This document shows positions 1 through 13,087 of a DNA stretch of 64,000 nt, piece by piece; within the stretch, counting starts at the first letter, position 1; every line of letters starts with the position of its first letter. The stretch is from Azolla caroliniana (Eukaryota > Plantae > Polypodiophyta): assembly GCA_043228905.1 (NCBI GenBank), contig JBHGNT010000013.1, forward strand, positions 2,108,001 to 2,172,000. Reading direction: 5' to 3'. A program made the position numbers and the translations under genes. The notes below the pieces were generated by a model. The model made no database searches, was not told the DNA's origin, and saw only the letters and a list, made by a program, of their open reading frames with translations.

Positions 1-465
1 GAACTACTCTTTGTGGCCGCCTTCGTGTACAACATCCGGATGCCCGATTAAGTGGTTCTCGATCCAGTTGCATGGTTTTCTTCGACCATCAACATTGATT
101 GTAAGTCGAAGAAGGAAAGTGGTTTCTCCGGGTGCAAATTGCCATCTGGATTGGCCTGTACCGTTGTGCTAGACCACCGAGACAGATCTGAACCATCTCA
201 TCTTCGTCCACCGTCACATTGATAGACCCAAGCGCGTCACAAATCTCCTTTATCTTATTGGTATAGTCCATAACCGACATATCTCTTAGCCGGATGTTGT
301 TCAGGTCTTGTCAGAGCTCCACTTACGGGTTGTGGTGTTCGTGGCAAAAATCTTCCGAAGATTTTCCCAGGCCTCCTTTAGCATTTTTGCATCCTTGATG
401 TCGCCGAGCATCTGATCGTGCACACCAGACGCGAGGCATTACAATACTCGGGTCGCTCCTTGCTC
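1..465 (-). pseudogene. gag: Ty1/copia gag fragment (degenerate)
   Basis: ORF 89..280 (DYTNKIKEICDALGSINVTVDEDEMVQICLGGL) is homologous to the gag of the Copia at 29400-29900; frameshifts and stops present. Confidence 0.8.
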
Positions 466-1855
466 CATGCTTAAACTTTATGCTTTTCCTATCAAAAGAC
501 TATATGCTTTATTTAACATGCTTTTTCTAAAGTGATCATGCTTTTTCTAATTTGTGCGTTTTTTATTGACTATAGTGTTCATGCACGCTACATGTGCATG
601 TGTAGCTTTTTCTTTTATCATGCATTTTTCTAAAGTTTATCCTAGCGTGAACTTGCGTTTTTATGTGGAACATCTACTTTTTAACACTAATGAAATGCTA
701 GTGAAATGGTAAGAGATTACATTATTAACATGGAGGTGCAAGGTTCGAATCTTGCCCTATGCATGTAATGCTTAGTTTGATATTTTCTTCTTTTTTCTTC
801 ATATTTATTCAATCGGTTATTTTATATTATTTTCATGTAGTGTATTAAATACACTACGACACTCGCCCCCTCTGAACCCACACATCCTCCGGCATGTGCC
901 GAAGTTGTCGGTGATTGTTAGCCTTCTCCGTCAGGTCTCCGCCTGGTTGGTTTCGTCACTAGTCGTTTTCGGTTGCCGACTCCGTCTGTTCGCCGGTTTT
1001 CAGTTGCTTGCTCTACCCGGTTTCCGGTTACTGGCCCTCGTAATTCTTCTTTACTTGTAGTACCCTCCGTTTCTCTCGCAATGTCGACTTTGTCTCTCCA
1101 TTTCGAGCACAACCATTCTTTCCACCCAACCCATTTTCACCATCCGATCCACCATAGTCCTCGTGCTCTTCCTGAGCATAACCATTCATGTCTTGTCAAA
1201 TTTTCTTGGCCCGCTTGGTCCTTCTTATCCATGGTAGTGCCTTTCCTTCTTATCACTTGCAATCCTTCCGGTATCCCACATCGCATCATCTCTACCTTGT
1301 ATTCACGTAGATAGCGTGACACATCATTTCCGTTGAATTGCCCGTTTCGTTGCACAAACCACTCTACTGCCGACTTCTTCTCTGACATCGCACGTTGCTC
1401 TTGTTGCATCTGCTCAATCATCATCATCATTATGCTCATCGCCTCTTGTTGATTCTCCATCTCCTTGCCACCCGCTTTCACATCAGGCTCACCAAATGTG
1501 TCGTGCCTTTCAGCGCCAAATCGTTGCGTGAGTCGGGTGGGAACCGCTGGGGTTTTGGACTAGGAAGAGGAAGAATTTGAGACAAGTTTGTAGCTATGGA
1601 TAGATTATTAGAAAGAGAGATAGAAATTTCATGAATCCCACGAGTGTATTGTATTCGATTAATCAATATTTAGATAAGAATATGTATTTAGATTGAAAGA
1701 AAGAGATTAAAAAGAACTTGTGAATCCGACAAGTATAGATTATGTCGTGAATCCCACGAATATAGTTTGTTAATTGGTGTTTTAGGAAATATATCCAATT
1801 TCCAAATAATCCACACAATTATTACATTGTGCTCCCCATCCTTATATGGTGATGA
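466..1855 (-). mobile_element. Short non-autonomous LTR element (deletion derivative of the gag-only family at 22655-26345), both LTRs truncated
   Basis: 3' LTR part ~466-861 with PPT GGGGGCGAG at 862-870; 5' LTR part 1499-1855; PBS TGGTGAGCCTGATGTGA (tRNA-Trp-like) at 1478-1494; ORF 1137..1481 (MKAGGKEMENQQEA...) matches 23492..25573. Confidence 0.8.
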
Positions 1856-2619
1856 TGTCAGGAACTACACGCTCCCGTTGAACAACACTCGGCCACAACC
1901 GAGCGTAGAATAAAACACAGAAAACAGGGAATGGAAGCACAACACGATAGAGAGAAGAGTACACAGGATGTTTACGTGGAAAAGCCAAACTAGGGAAAAA
2001 CCACGGCAGCCCACAGGCTGCAAACTATCACTATGTTACAATGATTACAACAATGACCTCACGGAGGCAACGACCTCGTGCTCACGATCTTCGCCATAGG
2101 CGGTGGTTACAACAGAGGCAACAAACTCTTCCTCTCTCTCTCTCTCACTGTACACTATTACGCGCTCTCTCTTCTTGCACCAACAAGAATGACAACAACA
2201 CCACTCAAAAGTTTTCCCTAAGTCATATTTATACTAATATGACTTTTCGGCTATTTACAAATATAGCCACGATGGACTCTCAGAAACATATTTACAAATA
2301 TGTCTCTTCATCCGGTGAGCACTCCTCATCGGGCTTGCATCATCCGGTGCTTGCCGGGTACTCGTCATCCGGTTCTCTCCGGGTCTTCCGTTTCCGGGTA
2401 CTCCTCATCCGGTTCTCACCGGGTCTGCACCATCCGGCTCTCCGTAGCCGGGTACTCGTCATCCGGCTCTCACCGGGTCTTCGGTAGTTGGGTATTCTTC
2501 ATCCGGTTCTCACCGGCTCTTCCGTAGCCAGGTACTCTTCATCTGGTTTCGGCCTCGGGCGAGTTTCTCATCAGCACTGTTCTTCTCACTTCCCATCCGG
2601 AGGGACTTGTTTCCTAACA
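1856..2619 (-). repeat. 3' LTR of the Copia element, with internal GC-rich imperfect tandem repeats (~2305-2560)
   Basis: TG...CA termini with short inverted repeat; repeated CCGGGTACTCGTCATCCGGTTCTC-like units; PPT (rc GGAGTGAAGGGGGAGTT) at 2620-2636. Confidence 0.85.
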
Positions 2620-2629
2620 AACTCCCCCT

Positions 2630-3554
2630 TCACTCCAGCGTGGGATGTCTTACCAATCTGATCCGCTTTCGGCATGCTTCCAGCTTGTTGGGTATCAACA
2701 CTTTGGTCAACATATCTGACCCGTTCTCGGCCGTGTGGATCTTCGTCAGAACGAACTCCTGGTCATCTACTCTTTCCCGGATCCAGTGATACCTTCGTTG
2801 GATATGCTTCGTCCGGGAATGGTAGGCCGCATTCTTAGCAAGGTGGATGGCACTTTGATTGTCACAATAGAGCCGGTATTCATCTTGTCGGATACCGAGC
2901 TCTCCGATGAAGTCCTTCATCCATAGTATTTCCTTGCCGGCTTCCACAGCCGCCATGTACTCCGCCTCCGTCGTTGACAACGCAACCATCTCCTGCAGCC
3001 TCGACTGCCACGAAACAGCTTCCCCTGCATATGTCATTACATACCTGGATGTAGACCGGCTGGTATCCACATCAGCTGACATGTCCAAATCAGTAAAAGC
3101 GTCAAGTTGAGGTTTACCGGAGCCGAATCAGAGACACATGTTTGAAGTGCCCTTCAAGTACCGGAGTATCCATTTGACCGTGTTCCAGTGCTCCTTGCCG
3201 GGATTGCTCATAAACCGGCGCACCACTCCAACTGCGTATCCTATATCCGGTCGGGTACACACCATTGCATACATTAAGCTTCCGACGGCATAGGCATATG
3301 GAACCTTCATCATATCCGCCTTCTGTGCTTTCGTCTTCAGGCTTTGCTTACCGAATAACCTGTAGTTTGCCGGAAGTGTCAATCCGACCGGTTTCGCATC
3401 TGACATGTTGAACCGCTGAAGCACCTTTGTCATGTACTTCTCCTGTGACAACCACAACTGCTTCGTTGGCCGGTTCCAGATGATATGCATCCCCACCATC
3501 TGTCTTGCCGGACCCAAGTCTTTCATTGCAAAGGTTCGATTTAGAGCCTTCTTC
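2630..3554 (-). pseudogene. pol: Copia RT C-terminus + RNase H
   Basis: MKDLG, GSLMYAMVCTRPDI, ALSTTEAEY, CDNQSAIHLAKN, RTKHI motifs. Confidence 0.92.
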
Positions 3555-4257
3555 TGTTACCCGTTCCTTTGGGTGAACACCTTCGATAGATCTGCGGCTA
3601 TCGGTCTTCAAGGGCGTGGTACGTGAAGGCTCATAACAGAGGCGTCGAGAGAGATACAGGGCTCAAAGAGAAAACACTAGCGAGGTCTTGATAGACGTGG
3701 GCGGCGTTGCACTCATAGGTATGGATCAAAGCACAGACTCATGGAGCAAAATGGGCACAAATCAGATCTATTAAAATGACAGAAAAAGATTACAGAACAC
3801 GGCCTATGGCCGGTGACCTTACAAGTTTATCTAGTTACGATGGCCTAAGCTAGTGCTTCCGCCTATATTTTTCTTCTCTCCCCACTCTGAGGTACTGGTC
3901 CTCGTTTAAATAACTTTTCCCCTAATACACATCCGAGCCGTCGGTACCGTCGGTAGCCCGTGATACTCGGACTCGGCGTTTGCTAATTTCCTAATTTTAC
4001 ATTTCTGTCCTCTGGACAACACCTGGCACGCTTGTGGGACAGGACCTTGTCCGTCAGACCCACGACTTACAAAATACTAACAATATTACAAAAACTGCCT
4101 TTTAGGCATGATCCTCGTTTCATTCCTCTTTTAAGATGTCGAGGATGCTTTCGGGGTCCGGGGTGGTGGCAGGGTGGTCTGGTTGGACTGTCGGTGCGGG
4201 GGGTTGAGTTTGGTCCGGGGGTGTCATATCTTCTCTGGCGTGCGCCTCGGGTGCGGC

Positions 4258-7200
4258 CTATTCCTCTGGTGGGGGTGTGGGTTCGTGGGCGCTAACCTCT
4301 TCTTCGACAAGATCTAGTACTGTGGAGGCTTCCATGGGATGTCTGTTGGCCGAGGCAAGTTCCTCCTGTGCCGTGTCCGTGATCTCCTTGCTGGAAGGTT
4401 CTTCCTTCTGCTCTGTGGCTGTTGGAGGGCTGGTGGGAATGGCTGCGAGTCGTTCTCGTTCGAAGGCTTTTGCTTCCAGGCGAAACAACATCTGACCGTC
4501 ATTGAAGTCCTCCATTATTTGCTCGATTGTCGCGGTGTGAGATTTTGCCAAGGACTGGTAATCCTCGGTTAAATCTGCACACAGGTTTTGTATGCTGGCT
4601 TCGTCCATTTTGTAGAAGCCGCGGCCCTCCTTCCGTCGGTTCTCGGCGTCGGCGCGTAAAATATGCAATTTGGCAGCTTGGGCTGCCCATTCGTCTCCTG
4701 CATGACTTAATGTTTCCTCGACCTTTTTGGTAAGGTGCTGGCGTTGTTTCTCGATCAGTATTCTGATGCGTGTCTCATCCATGCAAGTCTATGCTCAGAT
4801 GGCTGCTAATTCCTGTTTTAAGTCGTCGACCTCGGCCTGAATCTTCTATGTTCTTAGCTCATAGATGGCTTGAGTGTTCTTTGCATCCGCGGTTACGAGC
4901 TGGAGAGCCTGCTCGTAACGCTTGGTGAGTTCTTCGGTGGCCTGCTCCCGTTCTTTTTGACACGTGGCCCTGGATTTGTTCCTGTTCGACGATTCTCTCT
5001 TCTTGTAGGGCGAAGTAGGAATCCGATAATGCGTCTTTTTGCTCTGAAAGTAGCTTGCATTTGATGAAAAACTCGTCAGCCATTTCTTTAAGGGTCGTAC
5101 GCTGACTCTGCAGCTCGGCATTCTCCGCGTTCATCCTCTCCTCCCGTTGGCGATTTCTTTCCTCCTGCCGCTGGTTCCAGTCTTTTGCATTGTCGAGCGC
5201 GGCTTGTAGGTCTAGAACCTCCTTCTCTTTCTTCACCACTGTGGCTGCGTATTCCTGCAGCTTACTTTTGAGTTCGGCTTCCTTGCCCGCGGCTTCCGCT
5301 TGTACCCGGCCCAGTGCTTCGTTCTGCTCGTGTATCCTTTGGTCGGCCATCTGCTTGGAAGCTTCTTCTTTTAGGCGAGCCATCGCCTCTTGATGTTGTT
5401 GTTCGTGTCTCTCGGTTCGCCGTTGTTCTTCTTTAAGCTCCGCACGGTAATCCCGGAGCGGGGGTTCTGTCTGGGTTGCCACCTCCTTGGGTGCACGAGG
5501 TGGTGGTATCTCGGTCTTCTCCATGGGCGTGGGCGCCTCGGTTGTTGTGCAGGCATCGACCATTTGTAATGAGTCCGTTTGTGTACTGGCCTGCACCGTC
5601 AGGATTGAGTCGGTGATGGTGCTTTCATCCATCATTGTTATGCGTGGAGGCGCTGGGAGGGCCTCGGTGGTCGTTACCGGAAGGCTCAAGAGTTGTTGTT
5701 CCGGCCGGTTTTGCTCCCAGGCTGCCAGCTTGTGGTTCGCAGCGTGCCATAATTCTATAGCCATCTTAGCCTGTTTTTGGGCTATTTTTATCTTTCGGGC
5801 CATGTCTTTAGCTGCCCGCGTAGTGCGATCCAGGTCCCGATATGCCTTGATAAGGGCCGTGTTCAACTCGGGGACCTCCATGAGGAGAGCAGCCTGTTTT
5901 GCTTGCTTCTTCCTCCCGATTTTTTGTAAAGCCCTATCCTCCTGGGGCTCAATTTCACCTATTAGCGCGCGTTGAATCATTTTTGTTTTGGCGTGCTCCT
6001 CCGCCATTCGAGCGGCTGCCGCGACTTGGGCTCTGGCGAGGAAGTCGACCAGCTCGAATGACGTACGGAGGCATAAGAGTGCACTAAATTCGTAAGCCTC
6101 CGCAGGGAGGTCCTTATACCCGAGGACTTCATCCTCCAAGATCTGCGTTGTCTGCCCATGCTCGATTGTTCCCTGGTTCAGCGATGCCTCCTCAGGGGTG
6201 ATGGTCAGGTTGCTCTGTCTGACAACTAAGGCTTGGTCCTGTTGTGGCTCTTTCTGTTCTTCCAAGGACTCGCGGTTGAGTCGTCTTCTCTTGCTTGGCT
6301 GTGTTTGGGGTTTCGGGGCCGGTAGTGTCGTTTCCTCCGCCTGCTTCCTTTTCTAGGGTCGTGGTGGTGCAACCTGTTGTGTGTTGGGGCGTGGACTAGG
6401 TCTTGGGGACGTTACCGAGGGACTCGACGTTGGCTGTCGAATGGTGACGTCATCGGCTGTGTTGTCTTCCGCGGCTACCTCATCCTCCGATTCTTGGCAG
6501 GTCTCGGAAACTGCCTTTTTTTGTTGGGGTTGGGTGGGTGGTGGTGCAGGTGTGGGGTTTTGGTTGGCCATAGGAGGTGAAGGCGATGTGGGCTCCTCCC
6601 ATGCTTCGTGGCTGATGGCAACGAATTTCTCTCTGTGCCTTCATGGTGGTGGTGGGGACAGGAGTGTGCAAGGGGAAGGAAGAGAAGAGGGTGGGTATAG
6701 AACCATCAAAAAGTGGGTAAGAACAGACAACATCTTCTTACCGGACTGAAATGAAGCTAAGGCGGCGCGGAATCCCTCGCTTGTGATGATTCCCCAATCG
6801 ATTTTGTTTCCTTCATACGCGTTGATGATGATGGCTGCCTTGTTCTGCGGCATGCTCGTCGGGTTCGTATGTACGAACGCATACTCCATTAATATACGAG
6901 CAATCTCCCCGAAAGCTTTGTTGGGACCGCCATACGTGCGATAGGCCTTCCCTGGCTGAGTACTCACCGAAATACGCCTTCATCTTTGATGCCGGGGGTA
7001 TGTCGACCTCATGGTCCCCTCCCCGTTGCAGGTCCAAAACAACCCGAAGCACGTTGTTGGTGATGGCTTCGGGACTTATACGTTTAGCCACAGTTTGGGC
7101 ATCTGGGTGTGCGGGGGGCATCGATGATCTTTAGGTAACCGCCCATTCCTCATTCCTAGAGCCAGGCGCGGGTTTCTGTTGAGGCGGTAAGAGGCATGGT
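4258..7200 (-). pseudogene. Extra 3' ORF of the gypsy element (globular N-terminal domain, Pro-rich linker, long coiled coil)
   Basis: Fragments 6813..7121, 6641..6967, 6353..6571, 4859..6265 and 4258..4782 are in the same sense as pol; homologous to 27900-28927 + 33589-35296 (YFGEYS..K.YRT.GG, F.EIAR.L.EY, YEG.K.DW, LRAD.xNRRKEG). Confidence 0.75.
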
Positions 7201-7799
7201 GGAGATGGAGACGGGGTTCGACTGTGTGGAAGCGTGAAGAAGAGTGATGAGGCGAGGGCGAGACACAGGAGGAACAGCAAGAAGGGGAAGTCCAGCAGAG
7301 GGGTTATGAGAGCGAAAGAGGGCTTGAGAGAAAGAGCGTTTAGCGTGATGAGGGCGAGACGGGGTTTCTGAGCTTGAGAGCGATGGAGATGGGGAGCGAT
7401 AATGGTCTGTGCTGCGTTTTGGAAACGGTTTTAGTAACTTACTCCTAGGGTTTTGTGCCTGAAGCGAATCTTGAAGATTCTGAGTCGTGGGTGCCATAAT
7501 AAGTGACTCGCACCACGTGTCCTGAAGGTGAGTGGGGTGCTTCTAGTGCTTTGCATGTGCTTAAATAGGTACTAACTGAGTGGTGGCGAGGGGTGCTCCT
7601 AAATTGTGGGTGCCTAGGTGGGTGGTGTAGGTGTAGCTAATCAGTGGCTAAACTATGGTTAATCCTACCTACTACTACTTTTATTAATTTCAAGAAGGTG
7701 GGTGAGTCCTTATTCAGGGGGACACGTAGCGTCCTCCGTGGTGGTCTCCCGAGACTTGTTTGTGCCGTGTGGCTCGGTAAACGGGTTGGGTGGTGTAGG

Positions 7800-10700
7800 C
7801 CCTCGATATGGTCGAAGTCGGAAACTATTGGCCCAGCTTTTGATAGTGTCGCCGGCGAGTGTGCCAAGCTGGAACGTCCCGTTGAACTCGTCGATAATCT
7901 AGAATGGACCGGTCCACCGAAATCTTAATTTTCCCGGCATTGACCCGAGTCGTGTTTGGAAAAGAAGAACTGGTTTGCCGATGGTGAGCTCCTTCTCCAG
8001 GCCGTGTCGATGTCGATCCACAAAAGCCTTGCATTACCGTTGGCGTTGTTCGAGCTGGGCCATACTCTCTATCCTATCTTCGCCGAGTTCGAGAAGTTGT
8101 TCCAGCTGGGATTGCTCGGATTGGGCCTCGGGGAGCCAGGCATTGACTTGAACTCGGAGGCTCGGGACTCGAAACTCGACGGGCATTACGGCTTCTAACC
8201 CGAACGCCATTCGAAAGGGGGTCGATTGGATGCTTGTTTTGAAAGTCATACGATACGCCCACAACGCGCTCTGGAGTTTGTCATCCCAATCGGTCTTTTT
8301 TTCATTAACGATCGTCTTTAGTATGGTTTGGAGGATTTTATTGGTCGATTCCGCCAAGCCGTTCGCCTGCGGGTAGTATGGTGTGCTTTTCTTGTGCACC
8401 ACCGCGTAGTGGTGTGTAAGCTCACGTATTATATGATTGATGAAGTGCCCACCTTGATCACTAACGAGCTTGATTGGGCATCCGTAACGGCACCAGAGGT
8501 GCTCGTACACGAATTTAGCCATAGATGCCGCCGTGTTATCTTGGAGTGCCTTAGCCTCGACCCATTTGGTGCAGTAATCCATGGCAACGATAATATACCT
8601 ATTCCCTGTTCGGGCCGCGGATGGTTTGAAAGGGCCTACAAAATCCAAACCCCATTTTTGAAATGGGTCCAACGGAAGAATCGGCTGGTGTGGCATCCGT
8701 GACTGTTCCATTGGTTGCCCCAGACGTTGGCACAAATCGCACTACCGGCAAAACTCGTGAGCGTCTTTCTTCGTTGTCGGCCACCAGAATCCACTTTGCC
8801 AAACTTTCCTTGCCGTGGAATCCCCGGCGTAGTGCCCCCCAGCTACTCCCTGGTGGGCTTCCTGAAGAACGACGTTCTTCTCGAATTGCCGAATCGCTCG
8901 GCGCCATATGCCGTCCGAGCCTTTGTGGTAGAGATTGTCCGAGACGAGGCAAAAATTCCGGCTACGCACTGCTAGGCGTTTTCTCGTGTCAAGAGTCATG
9001 TGCTCGGGGGGTACACCGGTAGTGAGAAAATGGGTCATCTCCGTGATCCATTCATCTCCGTTATCGTCTGGTATCGTCGTCAGGTTAAATAGGCTGGCGT
9101 CCGGTAGCTCGTCGTACGTTGTTTTCGCCGGTTCTCCTGACTCAAGACGACTCAAGTAGTCGGCGACAGCATGTTGTACCCCGGGTTGATGTTGAATCTA
9201 GAAATCAAACTTTTGTAGTAGGAGCATCCACCGAGCCAACCGTCCGGTAAGGGCTTGCTTATTGACCAAATAAAGAAGGGCCGAGTGATCCATGTGAAAG
9301 GTAAATTTTCGGCCCAAGAGGTAATGCCGAAATTTATTGATGCTATAAATCATACCGAGGGCCTCCCGCTCGGTAGTGGAGTAATTCTTTTCCGCAGTCG
9401 AGAGCTGTCGGCTGGCGTAGTACACGGGCCTATACCAATTCGGGGGTGTGCATTGCATCAGGGCACTTCCGATGGCGATGTCCGAAGCATCTACGAAGAC
9501 ATGAAACGGTTCGGACCAAACCGGAGACTGGACCACTGGGGCATGTGACAGCATTCGTTTCAGGGTCTGATAGGCCGTGTCCTCAATTGACGTCCATTGG
9601 AAAGGAAGGCGATGGACTGCCGTGTGTAAGGGTGTCGCGAAATCGGCCAGGTGTCGTATCATTCGGTTGTGCCACCGGATCTGTCCCAAAAAATGGCTTA
9701 GTGCCTTAGCGTTCGAGGGTGCGGTGGCATTCAGGATTGCCTTTACTTTATCCGGGTGCATAGCGATGCCTTCTTGACTGACAATGTGGCCGAGAAGTTT
9801 GCCACTGGTGACTAAGAACACGCATTTCGCCGGGTTTAAACTCAATCGAGTTTGGCGACATCGGTCCAGGCAGAGTCGTAACTGGGTCATGTGTTCCCGT
9901 CGATGGCCATACACGGCGAAATCGTCGAGAAAGACTTGCATGAACGCCGGGATGTAGTCATGAAAGATTTCGGTGATGATGCGCTAGAACGTAGCCAGCG
10001 CCGTTTTTAGACCGAACATCATAACTTCTGCTACAAAAACACCCCATTCCGTGACGAAAGCTGTTTTCTCCTGATCCTCCGGGTGCATTCTTATCTGGGT
10101 ATAGACGCTAAACCCGTCGAGGAAACTGTAGCATTCGTGGCCGGCTACCGTGTCGAGGACGCTATCTGTGAATGGGAGAGGGAAACCGTCGGTAACTATT
10201 GCCGCGTTAAGCTTCCGATAGTCGACGCAGACGCGGATTTTTCCGTTCTTCTTTGGGACCACTACGATTGGGCTCAACCATGTAGCCCGTTTAACAGGGC
10301 GAATGAAGCCCACTCGGAGTAGTTTGTCAATTTCCTCTTTGACTTTAGCAGCATAGTTGGGGTTCATCTTGTAGCGCCTCTGCTGAACCGGCCGAGTGTC
10401 GGGTAAGATGTGAATTTGATGTTAGTAGTATTGAGGATCCAGCCCCTTCATATCGGTGTAAGACCAAGCGAAAACATCCTGGTAGTCGGTGAGTAATTTT
10501 ACGAGGCATGCCCGTTCTCCGGTTGGTAGATTATTGGCAATTTGTCCCGTATGGGGATTCTCGTCCGAACCGAGGTTTATTGTTTCCAGGATTGATGCTT
10601 TCACTCGTTGTGAAATGGAGAGTTCGCGTTCGAAAGCCTCCCGAGCATGACGTAGCTCGGCAATCGTGGTTGCATCTGGTTCCTCTTGGGGTGGTGACTC

Positions 10701-11672
10701 CTCCGTGACTTCCTCGTCTTTAGATGGCTCGATGGTTGGTAAGGCATTGATTTCGAAGAGAGGGATGATCGTGGGATGATCATCTAGGAAGTCATCGACC
10801 TCCTCATCGGCCAACCCGTCGAGCATATGAACCCCTTCCGCGTATAACGGTGAAGTGTTGAGGGCGACGGGGACTCGTTCTTCAGTGATGATTCGGACTT
10901 TTGTCTTTCCTCTTCGGAACGAGATCATGTTGCGTTGCCAATGTTGGTTGATATTTGTTGTACGCAACCATGGTCGACCTAGTAACATTGGGTAGGCGCC
11001 TTGTGTCTCCAGTCGTAGCACGACAGCCGAGATCGTGAACATGTGGCCTCCGAGTGTGAAGTCGAGATGGCGGATTAAACCAATGGGGTGAACGGAGCGG
11101 GTGTCGGCCATCCGAAGCCAAAAGGGGCATGGTTCCCATTGATTCAAGCCTAGGTTGAGACACGTTGACTCGCTAATAACGTTTACGCCGGATCCGCCAT
11201 CGATGATGCATCTGTGCAGGTCTTGTCCCTTAATGATGATTCACACGGTTGGGTTCTGAGAATCCATGAGTGGTGGACCGGTTCCTGCTTCGGTGAGGTG
11301 TACCGGTGGCATCACGGGCTTAGTATTGGCCTGGAGTGCCGCTAGGGTGTCCCGAAATCTCGACATGAGTGGTAGCAGTTTATGTAGGGGCAGTGAGTGG
11401 CGGGAGTTGGTAAGAACATCCCATAGCTGGTCGTCCTCCGACGACGTGGATGGTGCCGAGGTTTGTGGTACTTCACTGGGCCCGTCCCTCATGTCCGTTT
11501 GCATGCATACGACATTATTTTTATTGGCCATGTCGACCCATTCTTTTGCTGTCTGATGTACTTCATCCTGGATTTGCCACTGAGTAGTCTGCGCTTTACT
11601 TCGGGTAGTGACCGTTTGAACATCGGCCATGATACTGTGGTGGCCTCTCCTACTTCGAGGCGAGAGTACCAT
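7800..11672 (-). pseudogene. pol: Gypsy pol (protease, RT, RNase H, integrase) with stops and frameshifts
   Basis: IDGGSGVN protease site, RVCVDYRKLN, FLDDF RT motif, VDASDIAIG RNase H, WGLDFVGP / SDQGGHF / PQANGLAE integrase. Confidence 0.95.
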
Positions 11673-12091
11673 CGTGCGGCCGGTCCATCGAGGGAGAGTG
11701 TGAACTCGGCAATCTTCGAGGCATCGATTTCGGCCGGCGTGAGGCGGTGCGTGGAGTGGTTAGCCTGCCACATGGATATGAAGGCACGGACGTGTGACTC
11801 CGCATCTAGTCCGTCGGTGTATCGTGGGTATGGGTACGGCATGATGTCGTACTTTGGGTCTTCTGGTACCACCGGAAAAGGGTTTAGTTCCGGTTGAGTG
11901 ACCTCCGGAGGGCTCGACGGGGGTTCTGGTGGTGAATCAACTCGCGATCGAGTGTCCGGTGGCGAGGATTGCACTGGACAAGCCTCCGATTGATCGGGAA
12001 AGAATTGGTCAGTGACCGCCGAGTCGGAAATTCCTTCGACTGGCTCAGGGCGTTGGGCGGGTGGCCGAGACCTCGTGGTGCGAGAGGGCAC
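11650..12091 (-). pseudogene. gag: Gypsy gag N-terminal remnant
   Basis: DAESHVRAF..WQANH, KIAEFTLSLDGPAARW match the gag at 18599; joined directly to the pre-protease region (internal deletion). Confidence 0.8.
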
Positions 12092-13087
12092 CGTAACGGC
12101 GGCTGGTGGTTACCTTCAACGACGTTCGCTGTGCACTCACAGCTGTAACCGGGCGTGCCAAATTGTGCTACCCGTTCCTTTGGGTGAAGACCTTCGATAG
12201 ATTTGCGGCTATCGGTCTTCAAGGCCGTGGTACGTGAAGGCTCGTAACAGAGGCGTCGAGAGAGATACAGGGCTCAGAGAGAAAACACTAGCGAGGTCTT
12301 GATAGACGTGGGCGGCGTTGCCCTCATAGGTATGGATCAAAGCACAGACTCATGGAGCAAAATGGGCACAAATCAGATCTATTAATATGACAGAAAAAGA
12401 TTACAGAACACGGCCTATGGCTAGTGACCTTACAAGTTTATCTAGTTACGATGGCCTAAGCTAGTGCTTCCACCTATATTTTTCTTCTCTCCCCACTCTG
12501 AGGTACTAGTCCTCGTTTAAATAACTTTTCCCCTAATACACAGCCGAACCGTCAGTGGCCCGTGATACTCGGACTTGGCGTTTGCTAATTTCCTAATTTT
12601 ACATTTCTGTCCTCTGGACAATATCTTCAGCATCCGTATTTTGGCTTGGTCCCGTCCGATGATCAACATGTCGTCCACGTATAGATGGAGTATCAGGAAG
12701 TCGCCTCCTTCGAACTTCTTCACAAACACGCAGTGATCGTCCTGCGTCTTGTGGTACCCTTGATCGGTCATGAAGGAGTCGAACTTCTGGTACCATTGTC
12801 GGGGAGCCTGCTTCAGTCCGTACAGGCTCTTCTTCAACCGGCATACCAGGTGCTCCTTCCCTTTCACCACGAATCCATCTGGTTGCTGCATGTAGATCTC
12901 CTCTTCAAGGTCACCGTGAAGGAATGTCGTCTTCACGTTCAGCTGCTCTACCTCGAGGTCCATGCTTGCCGCTATACTCAGCACCCTCCGGATGGAGGTC
13001 ATCTTTACTACCGGGGCAAATATCTCGTTGAAGTTCACACCCCTCTTCTGTTGGAACCCCTTCACCACGATCCTGGCTTTGTATCTC

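Larger units (their letters stand above)
3555..12623 (-). mobile_element. Ty3/gypsy non-chromovirus LTR retrotransposon with extra 3' ORF; gag partly deleted
   Basis: LTRs 3555-4021 and 12166-12623; 5-bp TSD TCTTC (3550-3554 and 12624-12628); PBS TGGCACGCCCGG (tRNA-Arg-like) at ~12149-12160 on the minus strand; PR-RT-RH-INT order. Confidence 0.92.

Noticed and set aside
695-760. Functional tRNA genes in the LTRs
   Set aside because: No convincing acceptor or anticodon stems; reported only as tRNA-like boxes.
4258-6265. Retroviral env or a captured SMC/myosin gene
   Set aside because: No signal peptide, transmembrane helix or ATPase motif; generic coiled coil.
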